64,000 nt of DNA, from assembly GCA_049523215.1 (NCBI GenBank), contig JBEKNC010000003.1:263394-327393 (forward strand), given 5' to 3'. A model generated the notes under the pieces. It was not told the DNA's origin. It did no database searches and was given only the letters and a program-made list of their open reading frames with translations. Each line of letters opens with the position of its first letter. Position 1 is the stretch's first letter. Below, piece after piece: positions 55,976 through 64,000 of the stretch. Source of the DNA: Bacteroidota bacterium (GTDB lineage Bacteria; Bacteroidota; Ignavibacteria; UBA10030). A program made the translations under genes and the position numbers.

Positions 55976-56698
55976 ATGAAGAGTAAATATCTGGCTATCA
56001 TCATCGTTGTTGCTTTTATCGTGGTGGCTGCCGTGTCAAATTCGGAAGCCGCTGTCAAGATCACTGTCACTCAAACTGCAGACAAAATCACCATCATGGG
56101 TTATAAAGGTAAAAAAATCACTTCAGACAAATTCGCACTCAGCAATGACGGGTGGTATATCATTAAGGTTTCGTACACGGGCGTTGATGCCAGTATTTGC
56201 CAGCTATCACTTGTTACCCAGAAAATGATCACCGATCAAGAGACTGTTGCCGGCTCGTTAACAAACTGGATGGGGCCGAATATGACAGAGAAAATCCGGT
56301 CTAAGGGTTCAGCAAACTCAGAAGATTACATGATTTATGTAGAAAATTCAGGAGGGCCGTGGACAATCGAGATTTTGAAGAACCCGAAGCCCGCACCATT
56401 ATCCAGCAACACTACGTTCAGCAACACTACGTTCAGCGACACTACGGACAAAGTAACGCCGTTCTTCAACTTGAATAAAGGATCAGCGACGTTTACCATG
56501 CACCAAAAGCTGAAAGGCCAGTTCTCTATGCGCCTTGAGGTCGCTCTCTACGATGCTAACACGGGCAAGATTGTGAGTGACTTGTGCCATAACGACGCTT
56601 CGCCTACGCTGGAAGCAACCACGGACATACCGGAAGCCGGTACCTATATTCTTGAGGTTTCTGGCGGCGACAGCTGGAATGTCTCGTATAAACAGTAA
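55976..56698 (+). CDS. Secreted hypothetical protein with two related beta-rich halves joined by an S/T/N-rich linker (SSNTTFSNTTFSDTT)
   Basis: Signal peptide, aggagg RBS and an internal duplication (KITVTQTADKITIMGYKG... compared with ...TFTMHQKLKGQFSMRLEVAL...TYILEVSGG). Confidence 0.5.
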   Translation: MKSKYLAIIIVVAFIVVAAVSNSEAAVKITVTQTADKITIMGYKGKKITSDKFALSNDGWYIIKVSYTGVDASICQLSLVTQKMITDQETVAGSLTNWMGPNMTEKIRSKGSANSEDYMIYVENSGGPWTIEILKNPKPAPLSSNTTFSNTTFSDTTDKVTPFFNLNKGSATFTMHQKLKGQFSMRLEVALYDANTGKIVSDLCHNDASPTLEATTDIPEAGTYILEVSGGDSWNVSYKQ

Positions 56699-56841
56699 AT
56701 ATTCGAGTACGGCCTGAGGGCACTTTAAATTCCGCCCTCATCACGTGAGGAGTGGTGTGTGATTCGTCACAACACTTCTGCCTCCTTTTTATATACTGAT
56801 AGCGCCTTAGAGAAGGCATAGAGATTTGGTGAATCGAGTCA

Positions 56842-57378
56842 TTGTGTATGCCATATAAAACCATTAAACAAGCTGAAAAAACATTTCGTACTGCTATTTA
56901 CGGCCGTGCAGCCCAATTTGATATGGAAACGATTCATCGAGCAGAAACACTTTTGCTTCAAGCTCGGTCTCTGGCAATGAGCGATCCGATAAAGAGCAAG
57001 GCATTGGCAGAGAGTGCACGACAAATTGCGTTAAAAGCTATTGCAAAAACCGAAATGGAAAAAACACGGCTCAAGGGGATTTTAAGTTCCGAAGTCGCAT
57101 CCCTGGTCCAAGAATATTCTCGCGACAAAATAACACTTGGCGATATCAGAGAGAGAATTAACAACCAGACGTATTTAATAATTTCACAACGCATGGAAAT
57201 TGCCGAAGTCTGCATGAGACAAGCGAAGGAAGGATTGGACAAAGGGCAGTTCGACTCTTTTCCGGCATTGTGCACCAGAACAAGACAACGGTTGTCCGAC
57301 GTTGCACATGTTCTGACACCCGTGATTGACCAGTTACATTATTCGGAGTCCCCGAAGATTCTTCCTCGAAAAAAGTAA
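56842..57378 (+). CDS. Hypothetical helical protein
   Basis: ORF with an alternative start MPYKTIKQAE at 56848, predicted all-alpha, no motif assigned. Confidence 0.35.
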   Translation: MCMPYKTIKQAEKTFRTAIYGRAAQFDMETIHRAETLLLQARSLAMSDPIKSKALAESARQIALKAIAKTEMEKTRLKGILSSEVASLVQEYSRDKITLGDIRERINNQTYLIISQRMEIAEVCMRQAKEGLDKGQFDSFPALCTRTRQRLSDVAHVLTPVIDQLHYSESPKILPRKK

Positions 57379-57526
57379 GCCGCTGAACAAACTACCTCGG
57401 AGCAAGCTCCGAGGTATTCAAACTGTTTTTCTGGATTCCCGATAGCTGGAAGCCTGATAATGTATCACGATTCGCGTGATTCAATTTTACGCCTCCGGCT
57501 GGGAATGACTTTTCCTTTTTGGGAAA

Positions 57527-58699
57527 TCAGACATTACACCTGCTCGATAACTCTTTCAGCGAGTCCCCGCCGAATTTCTCCAACAATGCATTTGCTAACA
57601 CCGGAGCAATCACCGCCTCGCCGATAACTGAAGCAGCCGGAACGGCACAAACATCCGAACGCTCATAGCGCGATTGCACAAGTTTGTTTGTAGCAAGATC
57701 AACAGCCATCAACGGCTTGGCAAGCGTCGCTATTGGTTTCATTGCAGCATGGAGAACGATCATCTCGCCGTTTGTCACACTCCCTTCGAGTCCGCCGGCT
57801 CGATTGGTCTTGCGTGCGATAGTTCCATTCTTCAGCATGAATTCGTCATGCACGTCCGAGCCGGACTTTGCCGCGTTTGCAAATCCATTACCAATCTCGA
57901 TGCCTTTGATTGCTTGAATCGACATCAAAGCTTGCGCAAGTTGACCGTCAAGTTTTCTGTCGTACTGCGTATAGCTGCCAAGTCCGATCGGTACACCGCT
58001 TACGATAACTTCAAAAACACCACCAAGTGTGTCACCGGACTTCTTTGATTTCTTAATTGCGGCAATAGCTTTCGCTTCGGCGGATTTGTCGAGAATGCGT
58101 ACTTCGGATTTATCCGCTTCCTCTGTCACCTTGTACGCTGCGGATGATGTTTGTGTGGTAAGCTTCGCAATCATCTGATCGATCTTTGTTCTGTTCTTCA
58201 CTGTCGCGGAACCAATATTCAAGACGTAGCTCCCGATGAAAATTCCGCAATCCTCCAGCATCTTCCGTGCAATTGTGCAGCAGGCGACACGCATTGCAGT
58301 CTCGCGCGCACTCGATCGGTCAATAACATTGCGTAAATCATCAAACCCGTACTTTATCGCACCGACATAATCTGCATGACCTGGACGAGGAACGGTAATT
58401 TTCTCGATTCCTGCACCGTCCCCCTCTACCGCCATTTTCTCTGTCCAATTCTGCCAATCTTTATTCTGAATCATCAGAGCAATGGGTGAACCAAGAGTTT
58501 TCCCGAATCTGACACCTGAAAGAATCTCCACGGTATCTGTTTCAATTTTCATACGGCCGCCGCGCCCGTAACCCTGCTGGCGTCGCCACAATTGGTGATT
58601 GATGTACTCAGTGGAAATTTCGACACCTGCCGGCATTCCTTCGACAATCCCAATAAGCACTTTCCCATGTGATTCTCCGGCTGTGAGATAGCGGATCAT
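57527..58699 (-). CDS. aroC: Chorismate synthase
   Basis: MIRYLTAGESHGKVLIGIVEGMPAGV N-terminal signature and conserved RSSARETA, GGRSSARET-like motifs. Confidence 0.9.
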   Translation of the reverse strand: MIRYLTAGESHGKVLIGIVEGMPAGVEISTEYINHQLWRRQQGYGRGGRMKIETDTVEILSGVRFGKTLGSPIALMIQNKDWQNWTEKMAVEGDGAGIEKITVPRPGHADYVGAIKYGFDDLRNVIDRSSARETAMRVACCTIARKMLEDCGIFIGSYVLNIGSATVKNRTKIDQMIAKLTTQTSSAAYKVTEEADKSEVRILDKSAEAKAIAAIKKSKKSGDTLGGVFEVIVSGVPIGLGSYTQYDRKLDGQLAQALMSIQAIKGIEIGNGFANAAKSGSDVHDEFMLKNGTIARKTNRAGGLEGSVTNGEMIVLHAAMKPIATLAKPLMAVDLATNKLVQSRYERSDVCAVPAASVIGEAVIAPVLANALLEKFGGDSLKELSSRCNV

Positions 58700-58887
58700 A
58701 GGTCTGATTCCTTAGTATACAATTTGTTCTTCAAGATGAATACACCCAACCTTTACATAGATTCAATTAAACAAAATTTCGAGGGAGATTCAATTGGCGG
58801 ACAAATAAAAAGCGCGACCGATATTCTCAGCCGCGCCTCGTAGATTTCGAGTTTCGGATTTAGGATTTCTAATTTAGGATTTTGGAT

Positions 58888-60429
58888 TTATTTAGGCATT
58901 TCTATAGGGACAAAACGCATCTTTTTGTCTTCGCCCTTTACCCGAAGCATCACAGCATCACCCGGTTTAAGTTTCTTTACCGAACTCTCAAACTGATCCG
59001 GGGTTGAGACTTTTTGATCTCCGACTTCTGTCACCACATCGCCTTTCTTGAGTCCGCGATCCTGTGCGGGACTCATGTCTTCGATATTCGAAACCATCAC
59101 ACCTTTGTCCACTTCGTACTGTTTCTTTATTTTGGAATCGATCGATTTCACGGTCACTCCGAGTTCTTTCACAGTAACAACTTTTTCTGCATCCGAATCA
59201 GAGTCAGACTCTCCTTTATCATTTTTTACTTTTTCAGCAATTGTTTCGCCTTCTTCATCGCGGGATCCAAGTTGGGCTTTTTTCTCTATGATCTTTTTGT
59301 TTCTCCAAATCCCGAGCATAACAATGGACCCCGGATGTTTACTCGCAACCGTTGTCTGTAACTCTTGCGGTGAATTTACTTCTTTTCCATCGACCGTAAG
59401 AATAATATCGCCGTACTCAACACCTGCTTTATCGCCGGCAGCATCTTTCGCTACATTTTCGACCCACACACCTTTCGCTTTGTCCAAACCTGCAGCTTTT
59501 GCCGTGACTGCATCGACCGGTCGGATCCCGATGCCAAGAAATCCTCGCCGGAATTTTCCGTACTTGATAATATCGGTTGCCACCTGCTTCGCAAGATTCA
59601 GCGGAATAGCAAAACTGTATCCCTGATATCGAGCGTTTGTTGTGGCAATCGCAGAGGTAATACCGACAACCTCGCCGTCGATATTCACAAGCGGTCCGCC
59701 GCTGTTCCCGGGATTGACTGCGGCATCAGTTTGAATGAAGTTCTCAATTCCATATCCGCTATTATCATCTCCGATGATGCCGATATTTCGCCCAAGCGCA
59801 CTGACAATTCCCTGTGTCATCGTCGATTTCAATCCCAATGGTGCACCGATCGCAAAGACGATATGTCCAACTTCGACTTCATCGGAATTTCCAAGGGCAG
59901 CAACCGGTAAGTTATCTGCATCAATCTTGATCACGGCAAGGTCCGTATACTTATCTGTACCGATAAGTTTTGCCTTGTACTCGCGTGTATCAGAAAGCTG
60001 AACTTTTATGCCATTTTTCTTCGCACTCGTCACAACATGGTTGTTCGTAAGAATATATCCGTTCGCTGTGATAATAACTCCTGAACCTGCTCCGATTTCC
60101 GGACCACGCTTCGGCATATCAAATTTAAAATCAGGACCGAAGAACCGATGAAAGAACTGACTTCCATCATCTTGAGAATCTGACTCCTGATCCATTTCCA
60201 CTTTCACAAAGACAACTGAAGGCGTCACCGTTTTGCTGACGGTATGGAATGCATCATTCAGGGCTTGAAGCGTAGAGTTTGGTTTTAAGGGAGCCTGTTG
60301 TGCACCAAGCTTGACGTCTTCTCCTGCAAATGAGAAATCAACACCCTTGAAACTGGACACCAGCACAACACCGAAAATAATGCCGAGACTAATAAGAAAT
60401 ACTGCTGCAAGAATCGATTTTGTTGACAT
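58888..60429 (-). CDS. htrA: Periplasmic serine endoprotease HtrA/DegP family with two PDZ domains
   Basis: Catalytic triad segments TNNHV, D (TDLAVIKI) and GNSGGPLVN, with two PDZ domains. Confidence 0.9.
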   Translation of the reverse strand: MSTKSILAAVFLISLGIIFGVVLVSSFKGVDFSFAGEDVKLGAQQAPLKPNSTLQALNDAFHTVSKTVTPSVVFVKVEMDQESDSQDDGSQFFHRFFGPDFKFDMPKRGPEIGAGSGVIITANGYILTNNHVVTSAKKNGIKVQLSDTREYKAKLIGTDKYTDLAVIKIDADNLPVAALGNSDEVEVGHIVFAIGAPLGLKSTMTQGIVSALGRNIGIIGDDNSGYGIENFIQTDAAVNPGNSGGPLVNIDGEVVGITSAIATTNARYQGYSFAIPLNLAKQVATDIIKYGKFRRGFLGIGIRPVDAVTAKAAGLDKAKGVWVENVAKDAAGDKAGVEYGDIILTVDGKEVNSPQELQTTVASKHPGSIVMLGIWRNKKIIEKKAQLGSRDEEGETIAEKVKNDKGESDSDSDAEKVVTVKELGVTVKSIDSKIKKQYEVDKGVMVSNIEDMSPAQDRGLKKGDVVTEVGDQKVSTPDQFESSVKKLKPGDAVMLRVKGEDKKMRFVPIEMPK

Positions 60430-60442
60430 ACTGCTTCTTCCT

Positions 60443-61252
60443 TTACATTGTTGATATATGTTGTTGTTGAAAAAACTCTGCCGATTTCAATGGTTTTAAT
60501 CCATCAAAGTGATATCGCAAGTACAAACGTAATAGCTCGTTCATTTCGTTCCCTACACGCGCGTCGAACTCAAGAGTACTGAGACTTGAGAGTTGCGCAT
60601 GTACAAGACGGCGAACAATTTGCAATCCCTGTACTGAAAGTGTCGTGAATGCGATACTCTGATCACTGTCATGTACCGCAGAATCATTTGGCGTGCAGCA
60701 CTTATTGCAAAACACCGCGCCACGAACAATCTGAAATGCAACTTGCCTTTCTCCGTTGCCGAGAAGGACGGGTTTTCCGCACTCGCCGCAAGTATCAAAA
60801 TTCGGTGCATAGCCGAACAATGCTGCAAGCCGCAGCTGGAACGCCTGTAAATACGTTTCATAATTTTTCGTGCTGGCATTCAATGCGCTCAATGTTTCAA
60901 CAAGCAGGGCAAACATCGCCGGAGTGCGTTCTTCATGGTGCGTTACCTGATCGATAAGTTCTAAAACCGACAGACCAGTAGACATCCGATCTAAATCTTC
61001 AGTGAGATTTCGAAAGGAGTCAATAGAATCACATTGTGAAATCAAATGGAGATCGCGATGTTCTTTTTTATAGATGAGAAGCATCGAATGAGAGAGCGGT
61101 TCCAATGCAGAGCCGAATTTATTTTTTGCGGATCTCGCACCTTTCGCAATACCTTTCAACTTGCCATATTCCTTTGAGTAAAACGTGACGATTTTACTCG
61201 TGTCGCGGTACTTCATCGATCTCAGAACTATCACCTCGGTCTTAACCAGCAC
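60443..61252 (-). CDS. recO: DNA repair protein RecO
   Basis: N-terminal OB-fold signature (EVIVLRSMKYRDTSKIVTFYSKEYGKLKGIAKGARS) and C-terminal Cys cluster CGECGK...CNKCC. Confidence 0.8.
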   Translation of the reverse strand: MLVKTEVIVLRSMKYRDTSKIVTFYSKEYGKLKGIAKGARSAKNKFGSALEPLSHSMLLIYKKEHRDLHLISQCDSIDSFRNLTEDLDRMSTGLSVLELIDQVTHHEERTPAMFALLVETLSALNASTKNYETYLQAFQLRLAALFGYAPNFDTCGECGKPVLLGNGERQVAFQIVRGAVFCNKCCTPNDSAVHDSDQSIAFTTLSVQGLQIVRRLVHAQLSSLSTLEFDARVGNEMNELLRLYLRYHFDGLKPLKSAEFFQQQHISTM

Positions 61253-62300
61253 GGTCCCTCCGAAAGTTCAATCTTTTGAGCGAAACTGAGAATGGAGGTC
61301 GATGCACTCCTTGGTCTGTCACAATCGCCGTCACGAATTCATTGGGTGTCACATCAAATGCCGGTGAATATACATTGACCGTCTCCGGTGCAGTCCGTTT
61401 GCCAAACGATTCTGTCACTTCCCTTGCATCCCGTTCTTCAATAGGAATATCTTTCCCCGTACTCATCTGAACATCTATGGTCGAAACAGGCGCCGCAACA
61501 TAGAATGGAATTCCATGGTGCTTTGCCAGCACTGCAAGAGAGTATGTTCCTACTTTATTCGCCACATCTCCGTTCATTGCTATTCGATCTGCACCGACAA
61601 TGACTGCATCAATTTTTCTTTGCTGCATGAGAACCGCTGCGACGTTATCGACTATCAGCGTCGCTGGAATCTTTGCTTGCATCATTTCCCACGCTGTCAG
61701 TCTTGCGCCCTGCAAGAGCGGCCGCGTTTCATCTATATAGACGTGTTTCAGTCTTCCCAGTTCCCACGCTTTGGAAATTATACCGACGGCTGTACCGCGT
61801 CCGCCGGTGGCAAGGGCGCCGGCATTGCAGTGCGTAAGGATGGAACAATCGTTGGGAAGAAGTTCTATGCCAAAAGAACTGATCCGCTCGCACATCTCCG
61901 CATCCTCTTGATGAATCCGTTTTGCTTCGTCAAGTAAATTATTTTGCAGGTCGGTGATGGAGTCTGCGTGCCATGCATCCAGCACGCGACGCTGTCGTTC
62001 TAAAGCCCAAAAAAGATTAATAGCGGTTGGACGCGTGGAAGCAAGAAGATCGATAACCGATAAGAGATGCGAGCGTGCTTCTTTCATCATTGAATAGTTC
62101 AGCGAAAGACTTGCAAGTGCGACACCATATGCCGCCGCGATGCCGATGAGTGGAGCGCCGCGAATGGCGAGCCGCTTGATCGCCTCTGCTACAAAAACAA
62201 CATCATCGGTCTCGCAGAAGAATTCTTCGAGGGGGAGTTTTGTCTGATCGAGAAACTTCAGCTTGCCGTCTATCCATTCTAACGGCTTCATCACAATCAC
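61242..62300 (-). CDS. mtnA: S-methyl-5-thioribose-1-phosphate isomerase (eIF-2B alpha/beta/delta family)
   Basis: Family signature WIDGKLKFLDQTKLP...IRGAPLIGIAAAYG. Confidence 0.8.
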   Translation of the reverse strand: MIVMKPLEWIDGKLKFLDQTKLPLEEFFCETDDVVFVAEAIKRLAIRGAPLIGIAAAYGVALASLSLNYSMMKEARSHLLSVIDLLASTRPTAINLFWALERQRRVLDAWHADSITDLQNNLLDEAKRIHQEDAEMCERISSFGIELLPNDCSILTHCNAGALATGGRGTAVGIISKAWELGRLKHVYIDETRPLLQGARLTAWEMMQAKIPATLIVDNVAAVLMQQRKIDAVIVGADRIAMNGDVANKVGTYSLAVLAKHHGIPFYVAAPVSTIDVQMSTGKDIPIEERDAREVTESFGKRTAPETVNVYSPAFDVTPNEFVTAIVTDQGVHRPPFSVSLKRLNFRRDRAG

Positions 62301-63211
62301 TTCTCATCAAATCTTGATAAATCCATGAACGAATGGAACCTATCGCGAATTTTGAGATAACTCAAATCGCGCAAACTGTCTATGCTGAACTTCTCGACGC
62401 AGAACGACGCCAACGTACTGCCATAGACGACAGCGCGTTTCAAGTTTTCCGTCGAGATATCATCCGTGCGGGCAATCCAACCGATGAAACCTCCGGCGAA
62501 TGCATCTCCGGCTCCGGTGGGGTCGAAGATAGTTTCCAACGGAAATGCGGGGGCTGAGAATATAGTATTTTCAGTCACCAACATTGCACCATGTTCGCCT
62601 TTCTTAATGATAATGATACGCGGACCCATCTTGATGATTTTCTTCGCTGCTTTAATGAGGTTGGGTTCGTGTGTGAAAAGACGTGCTTCGGAATCATTCA
62701 CGATGAGAACATCCATGAATTTCATGGTTTTCATCAACTCTTTCGGCTTCGTTTCTATCCAATAATTCATCGTGTCGCCGACAACGAGCCGCGGTTTATT
62801 GATTTGATTCAACACCCGCAATTGAAGTACAGGATCGATATTACCAAGACAAACATAGGCGGAAGATTTGAATCCTGGGGGAATCTTCGGATCGAAATTC
62901 TTAAATACATTGAGATCTGTGAAAAGTGTATCGCGAACATTTAAATCATAGTGATACTTGCCGCCCCACCGGAATGTTTTTCCTTTTTCAACAATCTGCA
63001 ATCCATCAAGATCGATTTGACGCGATTCCATAAATTTGATATGCTCTTTCGGGAAATCTCCGCCGACCACTGCTACCAGACGAATGGGCGTGGTAAAATA
63101 ACCTGCTGCTACCGCAATGTATACTGCTGAACCACCGAGTGCGTCTTTGATACTTCCAAACGGCGTCTCGACAGTATCGAGTGCAACGGATCCAACGACC
63201 AAGAGACTCAC
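62297..63211 (-). CDS. PfkB-family carbohydrate/nucleoside kinase
   Basis: N-terminal GG motif region and C-terminal DPTGAGDAFAGGF anion-hole motif. It overlaps mtnA by 4 bp. Confidence 0.8.
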   Translation of the reverse strand: MSLLVVGSVALDTVETPFGSIKDALGGSAVYIAVAAGYFTTPIRLVAVVGGDFPKEHIKFMESRQIDLDGLQIVEKGKTFRWGGKYHYDLNVRDTLFTDLNVFKNFDPKIPPGFKSSAYVCLGNIDPVLQLRVLNQINKPRLVVGDTMNYWIETKPKELMKTMKFMDVLIVNDSEARLFTHEPNLIKAAKKIIKMGPRIIIIKKGEHGAMLVTENTIFSAPAFPLETIFDPTGAGDAFAGGFIGWIARTDDISTENLKRAVVYGSTLASFCVEKFSIDSLRDLSYLKIRDRFHSFMDLSRFDEK

Positions 63212-63228
63212 ACTAGTTTCCTTTCAAA

Positions 63229-63699
63229 TTAGAATTGCGTTATTTCCAATAATCGAGCAGCTTCTTTTCCGCCGGCGATAAATTCATGCACGATTTCAAT
63301 TGCTTGCCGCTGACCGGGCCATACAACGCGGTCTCTTGCCGCGACATACACCAGCCACTCAAAGCGTCGATGCTCGCGGGATAAGCGCACATTGAGTGCT
63401 GCATCCACTTCAGTCGCAAAAATCGGCACCATCTGGACAGCGTCATTCCGTCTGTCAAAATACGAATCCATGATCGGAACTATCCAGAATCGTTTCGGAC
63501 GCAATCCGGTTTCTTCCTCAAGTTCACGCAACGCTGCTTTGTCTGCGCTTTCATTTTTCTTCATTGACCCGGTTACTATTTGCCAAATACCAGGATAAAG
63601 TTCTTCGTCATCTGCACGTTGGAGCAGAAGGTATTGAGGTTCACCTGCACTCCATCGAAATATACAAATCTCAACAATCTGGCTAAGAATTGTCGCCAA
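63229..63699 (-). CDS. NUDIX hydrolase
   Basis: Nudix box GSMKKNESADKAALRELEEETGL (Gx5Ex7REUxEExGU). Confidence 0.85.
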   Translation of the reverse strand: MATILSQIVEICIFRWSAGEPQYLLLQRADDEELYPGIWQIVTGSMKKNESADKAALRELEEETGLRPKRFWIVPIMDSYFDRRNDAVQMVPIFATEVDAALNVRLSREHRRFEWLVYVAARDRVVWPGQRQAIEIVHEFIAGGKEAARLLEITQF

Positions 63700-63771
63700 G
63701 CCTGATTCCTTTTTCTTTAAAAAGATAACCGAATTTTCATTGAATTCAAATTGAGGGAAAGAGAAGAGTGA

Positions 63772-64000
63772 TTATCGTTGGTCTGATCGATTTCGCCAAT
63801 GTTCGAGAAAAATACCGCATGCAATTCCGACATTAAGCGATTCAGCTTGACCATAGCGTGGAATACTCACGACCGCATCTGCTTGCTGAATCAATTGAGG
63901 GTTCACTCCTTGTGCTTCATTTCCCAACAGAAGGACAATTTTTTCCGGCAACGAGTACGCTTTCAGCGTTTTGCCATTGAGAGCCGTTGCGATCACTTTG
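63772..64000 (-). CDS. SpoU/TrmH-family RNA 2'-O-methyltransferase, C-terminal part (the gene continues beyond the window end)
   Basis: LLLGNEAQGV and ESLNVGIACGI motifs of the SPOUT class. Confidence 0.7.
   Translation of the reverse strand, partial: KVIATALNGKTLKAYSLPEKIVLLLGNEAQGVNPQLIQQADAVVSIPRYGQAESLNVGIACGIFLEHWRNRSDQR

Overview
The window is a 64 kb stretch of a bacterial chromosome. The gene content suggests a Bacteroidota/Ignavibacteriota-like organism: a T9SS C-terminal sorting domain, futalosine-pathway menaquinone genes (menA, an MqnC/E-like radical SAM gene), HPr kinase, a BamA-like protein and an S46 DPP peptidase. Almost all genes are on the minus strand. The housekeeping backbone covers metG, holB, bamA-like, hprK, hpf, xer, topA, smg, ybeY, lysS, malQ, scpAB, trpS, aroC, htrA, recO and mtnA. 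It is interrupted by several accessory or rearranged segments.
1. A left-end defense-type island (about 4.9-10.7 kb) holds an EVE-domain fusion protein, an MmeI-like Type IIG/IIL restriction-modification enzyme and a DUF4143 AAA ATPase. It is embedded in a dense cluster of modular hairpin-rich repeats (modules A/B/C). A 63-bp double-hairpin element is inserted in frame inside the RM gene, with a second copy at 52.3 kb.
2. A roughly 90-bp MITE-like element has a perfect 29-bp target duplication (15622-15773). It splits a formerly stop/start-coupled pair: a TIR-like (COG4271-type) protein gene and a now frameshifted MqnC/E-like radical SAM gene.
3. An approximately 8.3 kb block (42.9-51.0 kb) carries two paralogous double-beta-propeller/Y_Y_Y transmembrane sensors plus a degraded IS1202(ISNCY)-like IS. 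One sensor has a classical HisKA-HATPase-REC output. The other ends in an unusual Cys4/His zinc-ribbon-like module instead of a kinase. The block sits inside a phosphinothricin-acetyltransferase-like GNAT gene and is bounded by 172-bp direct repeats of that gene, the signature of Campbell-type integration.
4. An AT-rich islet (52.3-57.4 kb) holds a truncated DUF559 gene, a Toprim-like ORFan, a hemerythrin, a T9SS-sorted cupredoxin and other ORFans.
Several further small repeat and palindrome families occur. The S46 peptidase gene, on the plus strand unlike almost every neighbour, is flanked by direct repeats of intergenic modules. No rRNA, tRNA or CRISPR array was recognised. One caveat: the printed line 14761 has only 59 bases, so coordinates inside 14761-14820 may be off by one.
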